This document shows positions 1-13,675 of a stretch of 64,000 bases of DNA, piece by piece. The number at the start of each line of letters is the position of its first letter. Position 1 is the stretch's first letter. The DNA lies in contig CM119264.1 in assembly GCA_051294375.1 (NCBI GenBank), positions 18,693,581 through 18,757,580 on the forward strand, written 5' to 3'. The translations under genes and the position numbers were made by a program. The notes under the pieces were generated by a model. That model made no database searches, had not been told where the DNA came from, and was given only the letters and a program-made list of their open reading frames with translations. The DNA is from Paraspadella gotoi. Its lineage: Eukaryota; Animalia; Chaetognatha.

Positions 1-1544
1 GAGGAAATGCTTGCTTACCTCAGATCTAAAAAAGAAGTTAATCCCGAGATTAAGGTTAAGTAAAAATAAAACTATTTCTTTTATAACAGAATAATTGTAT
101 TTGAACTGTCTTTTTTGTTGTTTTTAGTAAGTTTAGGAAGTTAACGAAAATTTCGCTTGAACAACAAATTTATTTTATTTTGTTCAAGCGAATCTTTCGT
201 TAACTAAAGATAGAACTAAAGATAACAGAATCATAAATAGTTTCAGCAAGACGTTAAGTCTTAACCATATAAACGTCTTTGACAAAAGACAATAGAAAAA
301 AAAAAACCATGAGAATATTCCGAAAAAAAAGTATCATTTATGATAAAACAAAAGTGGAGAATAAAACGAATGTCAAACAAATAAATTGGAGGATAACGAA
401 TTTCCACTAACCCGCGCGATTCAGGTTCTGGCGGCCGTGGGCGGTTGGGCCATGGGGCGCGAACCCTTCGAGGCTGTGGCCAAATCCGAGGCCGCGATCG
501 AGGCCTTCACCAGGACATCCATCAAGTTTTTGAGGTGAGGGAAGAATTTTCACTTCGTGCGAGAGTCGTCTCCCACAGTGACTCGCAGCGTCCGAGAGTG
601 ATTTGCTGAGCTTAAATCGATCGTGTTGTACAACTCCTCGTCTCGTAAATAGTCGACCATCTCCCATTTTCGCCAAATTCTTTAGAAGAAATAAAAAAAA
701 ATTCTCCCTTCTCCGCGTCAGAGTTTGAGCCCCACCCGCCACCTCCCCACCCGCCCCACCCATCGCATTTGCGAGGACTGGCGATGATACCATTAATCCC
801 CCTTCCTCTTCAATTCCTCTTCTCTTCTCTCATTCACTCTCTGTTTCATTCCTCTCGTATTCTCTTTCTATTCTTGTTTCCTTCCTTTTTTCCTTTCCCT
901 TCTATTCTTCTATCCTTACCTCTCTTCTATTTTTTCTTCTTTCTTTATTTATGCTTTCTATCCTTTTTTTCTCCTTTCTTCTCTATTCCTTTTTCTCTCT
1001 TTTCTTTTTTCTTCTTTTCTTCATTCTTTTTCTCCTTTCTTCTCTCTTTTCCTTATCCGTTCTTCTATATTTCTTCTATTCTCCTCTTTTTTCTTTACTC
1101 CAATTTTCTTTTTATCTTTTTTCCTTTTTCTTCTTTCCTTTTTATTCTCTCTTTTTTTCTTTCCCACTCGGATCTCACGAGCCTTTCGCCCGGCGAGAGT
1201 CGTTTGTTATCGATGATTCTCGAAAACGATGTAGGCGCGCGCGCCCTCTATTTAGGAAAAAAGATGCGCTAAATCGAGAAGAATTCTAATTTTTCATTAA
1301 CCATGATTAGTAGGCTGGAATTAATTTAAATTAAGTAACGGATAACCTCAGTATAAACATACTGTGGTTCTTGTAATATTATATATATAAATGAAGATAT
1401 GGATGTATAAATTCCGCCCGTTCGATGACGCACGAATATTATATTTCTCTTCATTTTCGTCATTGAAATAGATCGCCTGTCCTTGCGATCGAAGGCTGTG
1501 AACGTCTTCATTCGTTTTGATGAGCACAAGAGGAGGAAAGGAGA

Positions 1545-1606
<62 letters not shown>

Positions 1607-3513
1607 GGAGAGAGAGAAGAGAGAGAAGAGAGAGAGAGAGAGAGAGGAGAGACGGCGCCAGGGTGATGAATTTAAATCGAAACGTTGGCTCGGAACCCTC
1701 GGATTTCCAGGGACCATAACTTAGACGGTCTTGACGTCGATTGGGAATATCCGCAGTCGAAGACGCAATTTGTGAACCTCCTCAACGGATTGCGGAGCGG
1801 ATTCGAAGCCGAAGCCAAATCATCCGGTGATTTCATTTTTCATGTGAATGATGGGTAGTTTGAGGGTAATTTTTTTTTGTTCGGGGGGGGGAGGTTTTAT
1901 TCATTTCGGCGGAATGGGGAAAAAAGAGTGATTTGTGATTTGGCAGGGGGGGAATAAAAAAAGAAACGATTTATGATTAACGACGACGATTGTCTTGTCA
2001 AATTCCTTCCAGGCAAACCGCGTCTCCTTCTCACGGCCGCCGTCTCCGCGGGCGAGGGCAACATCGTGGTGGGCTACGACATCGCCGCCATGTCAAAACC
2101 TCTCGACTTTGTCAATCTCATGTCTTACGATCTTCACGGATCCTGGGAACAGATGACGGGGATTAACGCGCCGCTCTATCCCTCGCGGCAGGACGTGAGT
2201 CTAATTTCCATGAATAATTTATATAACAATCCTGGAGGCCAGGTTAGCTTAATTTTAATGAGGAATGAATAATATGGTATTTAAATAAGCGGTTAAATTC
2301 AGTGGCTTGCAGAAAGCGTTTTCACTTTAAAGATTCAAGGCGAACAAAGTTGAGCTTAATCGCGGCAATAAAATTTTTTTAAAAATGGATTGTTAATTTT
2401 TTTAAAATTTAACTCGTGGAAACCATATAAAAAACTGAAACCAGAAAATTTAGTATGTGGTTTCAATGTATTAGCTAAACACTACGTTTTATATCTTAAA
2501 TAAAGTTGATTCTCATATGACTTTTCATAAATATTTATCAACCCCATATTTTCTTACCCACCTAATTCCAACCACGCATCCGCAGAAGGGCTGGAAGGTT
2601 AGTCTCAACGTGGCCTGGGCCGTTAACACCTACCTCGAAGGAGGAACGCCGAAGGAGAAGCTCATCGTGGGAATGCCCCTCTATGGGCGCGGGTTTCGGC
2701 TGCAGACGCCTGGCGGAAACCCCGGACTGTACGCACCAACCAGAGGCGCCGCCCCCGTCGGAGCCGATCCCGGATACAACAAGATCTGCGAGTTCGAGAA
2801 ACAGGGGTGAGTTCGGATTCGGGTGATGGAAATTGTTTTGAAATTTGAGTAGATAAAATGGTCTTAAATTTCTTTCCTTTTGTGCTTTCTTTGTCTGTGT
2901 TTTTACCTATAGGCATTCGTTAGCTTACTATTTCACCTAATTTAATTCCTTTTTCTCTAATTATCCCTCTCTCCTCTGGTTCCACCTCGAATCCCTCAGG
3001 TGGACCAAGCGTTGGGAGTTCGAGCAGCGCGTCCCCTTCATGTTCCGCGACGTCAATTGGATCGGGTACGACGACGAGTGCAGCCTGCGCCACAAGGCGG
3101 CGTTCGCGCTGGAGGCCGGCGCGGGCGGCGCCATGGTCTGGGAGTTGGGCCTGGACGACGTGGACGGGCACTGCGGCGGCGGCACCTACCCGCTTCTCTC
3201 TGCCATTCATCGGCAACTGCAGGATCCGGCGGCGCCAAAACCGACCTGCAAAGGAACCGGCGTCATCCCAGATCCGGACTGGACGCCGCCGCCGACGCTG
3301 GCGACGACCACGGCGTCGTCGACCGGGGCGGGATGCCGGAGCTGCTCCGACTGTCCCGGCAAAACCATCGCCGACGTATCGTCGGGCTGCGATAAGTTCA
3401 TTCAATGCCACTCCAATGGGGTTGGAGGTGTGTCCGTGTCCTGCCCGCCGGGTCTCAAATTCAACGCCAAGATTCAAGCTTGCGATTGGCCCGTTAACGT
3501 CGTCTGCGAATGA
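1..3513 (+). CDS. GH18 chitinase with C-terminal CBM14 (peritrophin-A) chitin-binding domain; 5' part lies outside the window
   Basis: Phase-consistent GT-AG exons: <1-54 (EEMLAYLRSKKEVNPEIK), 425-534 (VLAAVGGW...IKFLR), 1711-1826 (DHNLDGLDVDWEYP, the catalytic DxxDxDxE), 2013-2194 (LLLTAAVSAG...DFVNLMSYDLHGSW), 2586-2806 (PKEKLIVGMPLYGRGF) and 3000-3513 (WIGYDD, GGAMVWELGLDD, Pro/Thr linker, Cys-rich CBM14 ending CPPGLKFNAKIQACDWPVNVVC, TGA). Confidence 0.96.
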
Positions 3514-4293
3514 AAACTACATTTGGATCGAGTATATGAAAACAAAAATATTTAAAGATGTAAACTTGAAAAGTTACTTCGCTTCGGTTTTTNNNNNNNN
3601 NNTGGCGCACTTGGTGAACCGAGGTTTTGTTTCCTTGTTTTGCCTTCGTTTCAATTTTCATTTTGTTTTGCCATGTCGTTTGTGGTTTGTGTAATTCAGA
3701 TCAGTTTTTGTTGACAACATGATTGTTTTTTATTAGATCTCAGACAAAAGCGGTTGCTGCTTTTAGTTTGATCAATTTCTTTGTCGTCGTAGTTGTGCCG
3801 TTCAATGTGAGATTCTTTGCTCTTCTTGAGAAAGAAATAAATAAACAAGATCGGTCCATCCAATGTGTTTCGCCATAGTGATTTTCTTTTCACCCTGTGA
3901 TCACCGAACTACATGACTATGAAATTGATGTATATTGTATAACAAACGTCTTATGATTCATCCATACTGTGCAAAGTTTCAATTCAAACAACCAGACATT
4001 ACACGAAATATGCCGAATTTACTTTGTGATCACAAAATCATAGTTTTGTGTGGTCACTTGACTTCAAAAGTATAAAACACATGTATCACAAGAGGCATTC
4101 AGTCATGTCTTACCAGTCTTTTAAGTATTAACTTAATTATCTTTCTTATCCCATCTATTCATGACACGCACTGCATGGGAATTCTGTTTTTTATTCTTTA
4201 TAGTTTCCTGAAGGCGGCGCTAGCAGTCACTTTTATTGGAGGTTCTTTCCTATCTTAACTAATGAGCAACTAACTATAAGCAAGTTATTTTTA

Positions 4294-4398
4294 ATGTAAG
4301 TGAGACAAACCGACGGAGGGACTTACCGACAGACCGACAGACCCAACGAAAAGTAACTTATAGAGTTGCTCCGCGAGTACTCGCGGCGCAAATAAAAA
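4294..4398 (+). mobile_element. 3' end of a Helentron/DINE-1-like non-autonomous element
   Basis: (GACC/GACA)-type microrepeat, then AAAGTAACTTATAGAG, a perfect palindrome CCGCGAGTACTCGCGG (4371-4386) and an A-run. Shares ATGTAAGTGA, ACTTACCGACA and AAAGT..TTATAGAG with the 3' end of the 48872-49555 element. Confidence 0.6.
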
Positions 4399-4657
4399 TT
4401 AATAGAAACCTGAAAATGTATGCATCAAAACCGGGACTCGTCTCCGCATTTCTGTAATTCCTTCACTACATTTGATAACAGATGGAACAGATGGTGACTT
4501 CGTTTCGTCCCCCGCTATTGTTTCCAAGAAACCAACCACCGCCATCTCTGCCTCCGAATTCCCGTTCGTCGTCACTTTGATGCAACGAAGACTCGAAAAC
4601 ACTTGGCGCCATAAACAAAAGACATTTCCGCTTTGGCTTTTTAGCATTTTAACCCGC

Positions 4658-4659
<2 letters not shown>

Positions 4660-4746
<87 letters not shown>
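4660..4746. repeat. (TC)n microsatellite, representative of more than 20 long GA/TC tracts in the window
   Basis: Pure TC dinucleotide run. Similar tracts lie near 1545, 7165, 8505, 8905, 12765, 16130, 18100, 18825, 19110, 20470, 22575, 28115, 30410, 31625, 35840, 36015, 39565, 41295, 55085, 57305 and 60475. Confidence 0.97.
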
Positions 4747-4753
<7 letters not shown>

Positions 4754-5308
4754 ATTCCTCCCACTCCCCCTACCCATTCCCAAAATCAGTAAGCGACGAC
4801 GACGACATTGACGACAAAAGAGCATCGGAGGTTCCTGGGGACCGAGGCGTCATGGCACGAATAATTTCCGCCACGCCTCCAGTCTAAACCTTTTCCCGGT
4901 TTTGCTTTTCTCCCTTCAGCGCCCCCGGAAAGTAAACTCACCTTTCGCTCCAAGTATCTCGCGAATTTCCCCCCTTATTCTTCCTCACCCGATGCTTCCT
5001 CGCCCTGTATAGCGCTGCCGTCATTCTTTTTTTCATTTTTTTTCTCTGGAGCCGCGAATCATCAGCATATCTCATTCTCTTCACTCAAGCTTTTTTCCCC
5101 GTTTTTCTCACTTTTTTTCTTTCCGTGCATGTACCAACCGGCTCCTCACTTCTCCTCACCCCCGCACCTGCCGCCTTTAGTTGGCACCCGCCCCTGCATC
5201 TCCCTTCTCCGCCCCCGTCGCGATTTATGCAAATGCCGATTTTTATGTCCGCGCCGAATTTTCTTGCGTCACGGGGATCACGGGAGGGGGGGGGATTGAA
5301 GGGAGGAT

Positions 5309-5356
5309 CGGGGAAGAGGAATCGGGGAAGAGGAATCGGGGAAGAGGAATCGGGGG
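5309..5356. repeat. 14-bp tandem repeat (CGGGGAAGAGGAAT)x3
   Basis: Three direct copies are visible in the sequence. Confidence 0.85.
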
Positions 5357-6502
5357 AAAAGATTTAAAAATCATAAAAAGAACGAAGGGTTGAAATGGGG
5401 TTAAAAGAGGGAGAGAAGAAATCCGCCAGGATATGGGGGGGAAGGGGAAAAGCTGAAACACTTTCAACAAAAAGGGAGGAAAAAAAATTAAAAAGGAAAC
5501 AAAGAGCCTTTTGAAAAACCGTTTTCAAGCGTGGAAAAATGAATTAAAACCGGGAAAAAAAAATTGAAGGAGAAAAAATTTACTCATGGAAGGATAATTT
5601 GAATATCCGAATAATTTCTTAAAAGAACAAAATTATTTTCATTTTTGTAGAATTAACCGGATCGCCGAAAAAAAAAGGTCGATTGCTTATTTTTGGGACC
5701 ATCGAGGCCTTTTCCTTTCTGTTCTTAATCCTTTACTGGCANNNNNNNNNNCCGAAATTCGACTTCCATCAGGATTCAGCCCATCCAAGCCGATCCTAGA
5801 TCTGCTCTTCGAGATTCCAAGTTTTTATATTATAAAAACGTTTCCACAAAAAAAAAGAGGAGGAAAAAAAAAAAGACAGAAACCCAGAAAAATTCATCGC
5901 GTACGAGTTCCGCTCCGAGTTTTAAATTCACGGCGAAAAAAATTATCGCCCGGGAAATTTATGTTTGGGAAAAACAAAAACAAGCCTTGGGTCGTTTTCT
6001 CGCTTTATGAGCCGCGAAAAATGAAGCTGGAGGGTGGGCGTGGCGGAAGTTGAGGTGGTCGAGGTGGAAGAGTGGAAAAGTGGATGGGAGGAAGAGGGGA
6101 AGAAAGTGATGCAAGAGAAATATGTAGAAATTAAATAGTTTTACTTAGGAATTTTATTATGAAACGTGTGGGTCGACCATCGAGTGGTGAAGACTTTCTA
6201 TGTCTTTCTATGATAGTGGAAACCCCCGAAAAAGTTTGTAGTGAAAAATTAAAATTGGGTTAAAAATTTGGGAAAGAAGCCTTGCCTTTAATAAAAATTA
6301 TAATATTTTTTTTTCTCTCTTTATTTTATCGTCGTTCAATATTGTTTTTCCGCCATTTTTCTCGCAAGAAAGGAAAAACCAACGCAACCAAATTATCGCA
6401 AAAATTATTTAATCGAATAACAAAGGAAAAAAAGCGCGTTGATGAAATTTATGAAGGCGACGCTTCGCTTTGTCGCTTCGATTCGAGGCAAACGAAGCGT
6501 GA

Positions 6503-6516
6503 GTAACCATGGCAAC
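6503..6516. promoter_or_regulatory. RFX X-box-like palindrome GTAACCATGGCAAC
   Basis: Matches the 14-bp RFX consensus GTNRCCATGGYAAC. No linked gene identified. Confidence 0.35.
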
Positions 6517-7171
6517 GAGGATATCGTCGCAGTCGTCGTCTTCGGCGGCGGCGGCGACAACGGCGATGACATTCCCTTTTGTCATCGAAAGAAAAAAACA
6601 ACCAAACGGAACCTGAAACATCTGACGACACGGCGCGGCGGACGACAATAACGAGGACGTCGACAGCGACCCCCTGTTGTTGGATGCAAACGAGTGATCT
6701 CCTCTCGCTCTCGTCACGTGACACAACTTCGGCCTTCGCGCGCTTTCCTCACCCGGAAAGGAGTGAATAGCCCGCGTTGGTCCTCACCCTCGCCGATTCA
6801 GTTAATTGACTCGCCTCACCTTTTCCCCGAATCTTTCTTTATATCTTTTTCACGTTCTCTCTATCTTTCTTTCTTTACTTTTCTTCCATCTCTATCCTTT
6901 TTTTCCTCTCACTATCCAGGGGAAATAGTCGAATCAGTATCTCGGGATACTTTTCTTCCCTCATTGGCCACTTTCCCTCATTGCCCTCCTTCCTAAACCA
7001 TCCCCATTCCCCAGGTTCGTCAGCTCAGTCTCACTCTCCCCTCGTTTTTTCCCCGTCCGCCGAAAATGCTTTGTGTTCGACGAAGATTTTTTTCTCGATC
7101 TGTTTAGGATTTTCTAAAGAGAATAGCGAGGCAGCAGACGAAGAGAGAGATCGAAACGGAAAGAGAGAGAG

Positions 7172-7237
<66 letters not shown>

Positions 7238-8501
7238 AGGAGAGAGAGAGAGAGAAGATGGCGAAGGGCCTGCCAACGAGGCGGGGATGGAGAAGCGATG
7301 AAGTCTGGAAATTTGATTGTCCCGTCGAGACCCATTGTCTTTATCTCCTCCCCGTTTCTCGTAAGTCGTCGTCGTCGTCGTCGTCTTCATCTTCATCGTC
7401 GTCCTCCGTCAGACTCGGACGTCGGCGTCGTATCCAGACTCGGGCCGCAATTAGCGATGAGGGTAGAACCCAAGGTCGTCGTCGTCGTCGTCGTCGTCGT
7501 CGAATGATGTTCTGTCGGTCGATGGTTGATCACCAGCCTCGTCTCTTTGGTCGAGTCATGAAACTAATTTTTATGATTATTTTTTTAGATACACTCATTT
7601 AGTTATTATTTAATTTACCGTGCCTCGCTTTACTTTATCTGCGAACTCCGCTTAATATAATTTTCCTCTCTCAGTACAGTAGATGTTTTTTTTACGTTTT
7701 AGTCAAAGTTTTGAGCTGCTTATGTTTAACAGAAACTTGTGCGAGATACATAGAAAATTTCATACCGAAGGAAGACACAAATAGACACAGCGTAGGTCGC
7801 GAGTTCGAGCCTCGTAAAATTTAAGATTGTCGATTTAAATCTCGGTCACCACCTGCATCTCGCCAGGTCAAAAGTTCCAGGTTTATGCCCCTCGAGTCCT
7901 CGACATCATTGGTTTCCAGCTGAGAAAGCGAAACTCAGTTCCCAGTTGGTGATCAATGACCAATTGACCATTGGTCAGTGGTCACAGAGACGCAAGATGC
8001 CACCGTTTAGATTTAGAAACGCGTGGGCGAGAGGTATCCAGGGGTGGTGGGTGGCCATTGTTGGCGGTAGCCGGCCATTGGTGGTGGGAGGAAAATAGCG
8101 TGGATAAATAATCGACTAGTCAGCCTAAAAAAAGGTGTGGGCCAAGAGGCTTTCTATTCGGAACAGAAGAGATAAAAAATGAACATCTAAAGGGAGGTAG
8201 ATCAAAAGAAGGAAAAATCAGTATGTCGAGAGATCAAGAAAAATAAAAAGAAGAAAAAAGAAGAAGAAGAAAGAAAGAAGGAGGAAAATGGAGAAATCGT
8301 TCCAACCGCGGATCGATTCACTTCTCGCGTCGAAGGACGAACGAACCTTCAAGGGCAAAAACCCACTTTTTGCGAGTTTTTAAACCCAGTGAGAGTTTTT
8401 CAGTTTTTCTAAAGCAACGGAATGAAATTCGTGGAAAAGAAAAATAAAAAGGTTTTTATGGTGCGGTTTATCAAAGACGGAGGAGGTTTTCTTCGTCGCC
8501 A

Positions 8502-8600
<99 letters not shown>

Positions 8601-8897
8601 TTAGTCTGGGGAGATGAGACTTTTTAACGTCTTTGCCAACGTTTTTTTTTCTACGAATACACGGATGAATGAGACTGAGACAAGCTGTCGCTTTGATGAA
8701 AGGATGTTTTGGTTTTCGAGCTTTCTAAAAAAAAAAGAGTATGTAAACTAATTTAATCAAAAACATCAAAAGCAAAACACAAAAAAATTATAAATCGAAA
8801 AACGATATTCCTTCGTTGGCAATTTAGCTTCTTTCACTGAAAAAAATTGGTTTCATCGACAACGAATCAACTGGAAAAAAGGAATGTCGCTTTCGTC

Positions 8898-8992
<95 letters not shown>

Positions 8993-9907
8993 CCTTATTC
9001 AAAATCTTTAAGGTTTTTCCTTTTCCTTCTTCCCTTATTTTCTTTGTCTTTCTTGTCAATGGAAAAGAATCACGCGTCAAAACTCATGAATTATTCTTCG
9101 CGTTGTCAGACGCTTTTGTAGAATTTCAAAAAAAAAAATATTTTCTTTATTTTCTTTTTAATTTTCTGTATTTTTCAACGTTTTCTTTACGCAATATCTT
9201 ATTTCGCGACATTTCCATAATTTTATATTCGTCTCTCTATTTTAACGCGCTTGTTTTAAAGAAGGATGAGCAGTAGTTTTCTACGGGCTGAGTCATTAAT
9301 AAAATAGAATATCTAGAATATCGAAGAAGGATTATTAGATCGGCGGATGGCCCGAGCCTGCTCCTACAAACCCGCGCCCTTTAGGCGTTTATATACAAAT
9401 AAAACGAAATTTAGTCTTTTTTTCTTTTAATTTTTAAGTTATGGCAATTAGAAATACAATACTATTAAAACCCTCACCCCTCACCCAAGTCTTCTCAAAT
9501 TTCGCAGACGTCGCGTCACGTCACAGTCACGTCAAGTCGTGTCACTGAGGAGCGACGCCATCTTCACGAGACGAAGCGAAGCGTGGCGCTTCTTTTTGAC
9601 GCAAGGGCGATAACCCTGGCGCCGAATTCCTATCTTAGCGTCGCCAGGACTTCTGGCATAGTTTTTCGGGCGGCGGAAACAAGATCGTTTTTCCTTCCCA
9701 CTTTTCTTTCTCTTCTTCCGCCTCCTCCTCTTCCTCCTCAATCCCCGATTTGTCTGAGGGTCAAAAAGATGATCAAAACTAGAAAGAAGAAAAAACTTTT
9801 TTTTCGGTGAAACGAAGAAAAAGAAAAAAAATGTTTTCTCGTCGGAGATCGTGACTCGAGTCGCCTTCGACCCCGAAATTCTATTCTATTCTATTCTTTT
9901 TTTTTTC

Positions 9908-10000
9908 CTTTTCTTTTCTTTTCTTTTCTTTTCTTTTCTTTTCTTTTCTTTTCTTTTCTTTTCTTTTCTTTTCTTTTCTTTTCTTTTCTTTTCTTTTCTT
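9908..10000. repeat. (TTTTC)n pentanucleotide microsatellite
   Basis: About 18 direct copies. Confidence 0.95.
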
Positions 10001-11766
10001 TTTTTCCTTTTTTATTTTCGATGGCGACGATGTTCATATGGTCATTTCCTCACCAAGTATGATTTTTATCCCAATAACTGGAGGCACATGTTTCCTCTTT
10101 TTGCTTTTCCTTTCATTTTCTTTCTTTTCTCTGACTCAAGCTTTTCACGGTTCATGCCCTCAGCCCGTTGACTAATACCTTCCATTTTTTCTTTTCTCTC
10201 TTCGTTATTTTAATTTTTTTTTCTTTTCATTTTTCCCCTTTTTTTAGTTTATTTTTTACTCATCCTCGTTTCCCTTTTTTTTTAATAAATCCACGTTTTC
10301 TTGGTTACAATTCTACCCTCCCCATATTCCTTTTCATTTTCACCATTAATGGAGTTTTCACCCCACACGCCCTCTTCATTCCTTCGCCTTTCTGCTTCCT
10401 TTCACCCTTTGCTTCTGACTCGGCTTTTATTCGGTTTCAGTCAAAAAAAGAAAAAAAAAAGAAAAAACCCGCCATAATCATTTCCATCGGTTTTCAGATG
10501 CAAAGCGAAGCAAATTCCTCGCAAACTGTACCGTGGTACATTTGTCAGTCAGAAATTCTATTACTGCTGGCATAAGTTCTCCACATTCACTTTTTCCCGT
10601 CCGATATTAACATTAAAGTTTGACCCGCGACGACTAACCCGGTGCGCCCCGCGCGGACCAGATGGCGCTGCTACGGACGCCTGCGCAATTCCATCATCGT
10701 GATTCGTCGTTCGTGATTGATTTGCGCGAAATCTTGTATCATCTGAGAAAGTAAAAATTCGACTGAGAGGAAAAATTTGTGAGACGGTTAAGTTTCCTGA
10801 GGTTATTATTGAAAATGATAGATCATTTGCGTCACGAATCAAAAGGTCAAAATAAGATTAAATATATTTACAGACGATTAGTTCAAAAGCTTCTGAGATA
10901 CAATTAAAGAAGGTTAAATAGCATCGCTTTTTCTTGTAAATTGTTCGTACCAGGAAAAAAACCAAAAAAACGTTGTTGATGCGTTGGATCGTTGCCCAAG
11001 AACTCAGGCGATTTATGGCTTCTTGCATGACGAAAATTCAAAACAAATATCACAAAAAAAGTTTTTAAAAAAATTTAAATTAAGTAAATCAAAAATGAAT
11101 CGAAGTTTTCTAATTTAACTAAGAGGGATTATAATAATCAAAAAATGTTTTTGTTTAGCCTATTGCCAATTGGCAAGTATTTAGTTTTCCTCAAAACTTG
11201 TTTCTATTTTGTTGACCTTTCATGGAGTTCGCAGAAACTAACCCGACAAGGAGAATCGTCTTCATATGCGCCTAGACCTTTCCAAATGCTGAATGCGCTG
11301 TTCATGGTCCACGTTCGTAAATTCTCTTATAATCTTTAGGAAAATTTAGATCTTAACAGCAGAAGTTTTAACGGGAACATGAGAAAGCGCCTCGAACCTA
11401 CGTACCATGATTATCCAGAAAATTACGTTGTTGATATTTTGCATCTTAGAAACTCGTAATAACATTTGTATTTCATCCATGTTGAAAAAAACAAATACAA
11501 AATAAATACAAAAATAGTGTAAGAAAGAAATTTAAATGATTTCTTTAATTTCAAAATATCATACATTTATGTCTCGTGCTGGGTTGGTAGGTCGATTTAA
11601 ATTTAGTTTCTTGTTATTGCGAAAATAATCTTGTTTCTTTCAGAGGTTATTTTCCTGCCAGAATTTCTGGTCTTATTTCGTCCTAATTTGCATTTTTTTG
11701 CATTTCTTTTTGACTTTGAAATTTTTGCGGCGAATTCGATTTCACTCTCTCTTGCAATTTTCTCTC

Positions 11767-11813
11767 TTTATTTATTTATTTATTTATTTTTATTTATTTA
11801 TTTTTATTTATTT

Positions 11814-11912
<99 letters not shown>

Positions 11913-11915
11913 TTT
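11767..11915. repeat. (ATTT)n tetranucleotide microsatellite
   Basis: Long, nearly pure TATT run. It explains the FIYL-repeat ORFs. Confidence 0.95.
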
Positions 11916-12527
11916 GCTGATTTAATTTTTTGACGTTCCTTTGTTTTTTTGGGGGGTACTATTGCTTACTTTTTGTATATAATATTTATACTAAAGAATT
12001 AAACTACGTAATTCTCCTTTTTAAACCAGATTCCAAAAATAAGTCGATACAATCTTCTTCTTTTTTTCCTTCGGTTCCTCATACAGATTTCCGACCTTAT
12101 CTTTCCTCCATTTTTTAAACATCATTTATTCTCCATCATCTCGTTCTTTCCTTCGTCCACCAAAATAAAAAAAAAGGGAAAAAAATTTTTTTTTCCACAT
12201 CAACCAGTTCTTGATATCGAGAATTCTCGTTTCCCCACCCCTTTTCCCTTTTTTCTCCTTTTTTCCCCTTTTCCCCTTTATCCCCTTTTTCCCCTTTTCC
12301 CCTTTTTTCCCCTTTTTCCCATATCCCCCCCTTTTCCCCTCTTTTCCCCTTTTTCTCCTTTTCCTATTTTTTCCCCTTTTATCCCATTTTTCTTTTCTTC
12401 CTTTTCTCTCCTTCTTTCCTTCTCAACTTACACTACTTTTCCTAACCAAAGAAAAAAAAAGAGTTAGAATTCTCCCAATCTCCTTCCCCCCCCTCCACGA
12501 AACTCGCCGGAAGTGAAAATTGGATTT

Positions 12528-12738
12528 TTACGCGCTTTTGTTATCGGTTGGTACAGACTGTTTTGGCCTCCCGGGGATCGGAATTGATGATAGAAGGTGA
12601 GCCTCTGCCTCTGCTAATGGACTAGACGTAACAAGTAGCGGCGGCGCACTGGGTGGTGGCGGCGGACGGGCGGCGGCGGTGAGGGCGGTGGCGAGGTGGT
12701 TTGGGTACGTCGATGAGAATCTGGCTCCGTACGCGAAA
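12528..12738 (-). CDS. Candidate terminal exon of an unidentified Pro/Ala-rich protein
   Basis: A pyrimidine tract and TTCCAG acceptor precede 70 open codons (FAYGARFSSTYPNHLATALTAAARPPPPPSAPPLL...TDNKSA*). Phase-compatible with the candidate exon at 18956-19024. No recognisable domain. Confidence 0.3.
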
Positions 12739-12808
12739 CTGGAATCGCGGGGGTTGAAACTTGAGAGAGAGAGGGAGAGAAGAGAGGAGAGAGAGGAGAG
12801 AGAAGAGG

Positions 12809-12846
<38 letters not shown>

Positions 12847-12920
12847 CGAGAGAGAAAGAGGGTGAGAGAGGGAGAAGAGAGATTGAAAGAGAGAGAGAGA
12901 GAGAAGAGGGAGAGAGAAGA

Positions 12921-12987
<67 letters not shown>

Positions 12988-13171
12988 GAAACTGGTTTGA
13001 GGTAAAATTAAGGAAGGTGTAAGATAAAAAGCTTTCGCTACACTTACTGTAAAAATTATATTAGCCCTGAAAATCGGAAAGAAAAGGCAATAGGCTTTAG
13101 GTTTTACGAGGGGCAGCGACGAAGTCATAAACGCCCCCTCAAGTTAAGCTTCATTGAAAACGCGGCGTTCG

Positions 13172-13229
<58 letters not shown>

Positions 13230-13643
13230 TCTCTTTCTTTCTTTCTCCTTCCTCATTCCCGACGAGGCGACACTCAAACCATGGAAAAAAATGTAATTTT
13301 TTAGAGAATTTTAAGAAAATTTAGTTATTTAAAGAACTTCGTAAATCAGATGCTGAAAAAATGTTGTTAACTCAATAAACGAGGCGGTCTCACAAACGTC
13401 CCGCCAAAGCCCCAAGCCCCCCCCCCCGCCTAACTCCCCTCACCTACGACTCGATTGACCCTGAAACTTCGATTCCCTTGATTCTACTTTCACAATCGGA
13501 GGTTTTATTGCTCATAGACGTTCTATTGCCTTGCTCTATATTGCCCTCGAGGACAGAGTATCCGGAACTAATGAACTTTCTTAAATTTTTTTTCAAGCTT
13601 ATCTGTCTCCTTCTATTTCCTCTTCTCTCTCTCTCCTTCTCTC

Positions 13644-13675
<32 letters not shown>

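Noticed and set aside
7790-7815. GAGTTCGAGCC B-box as part of a tRNA gene
   Set aside because: There is no A-box or cloverleaf; at most a SINE fragment.
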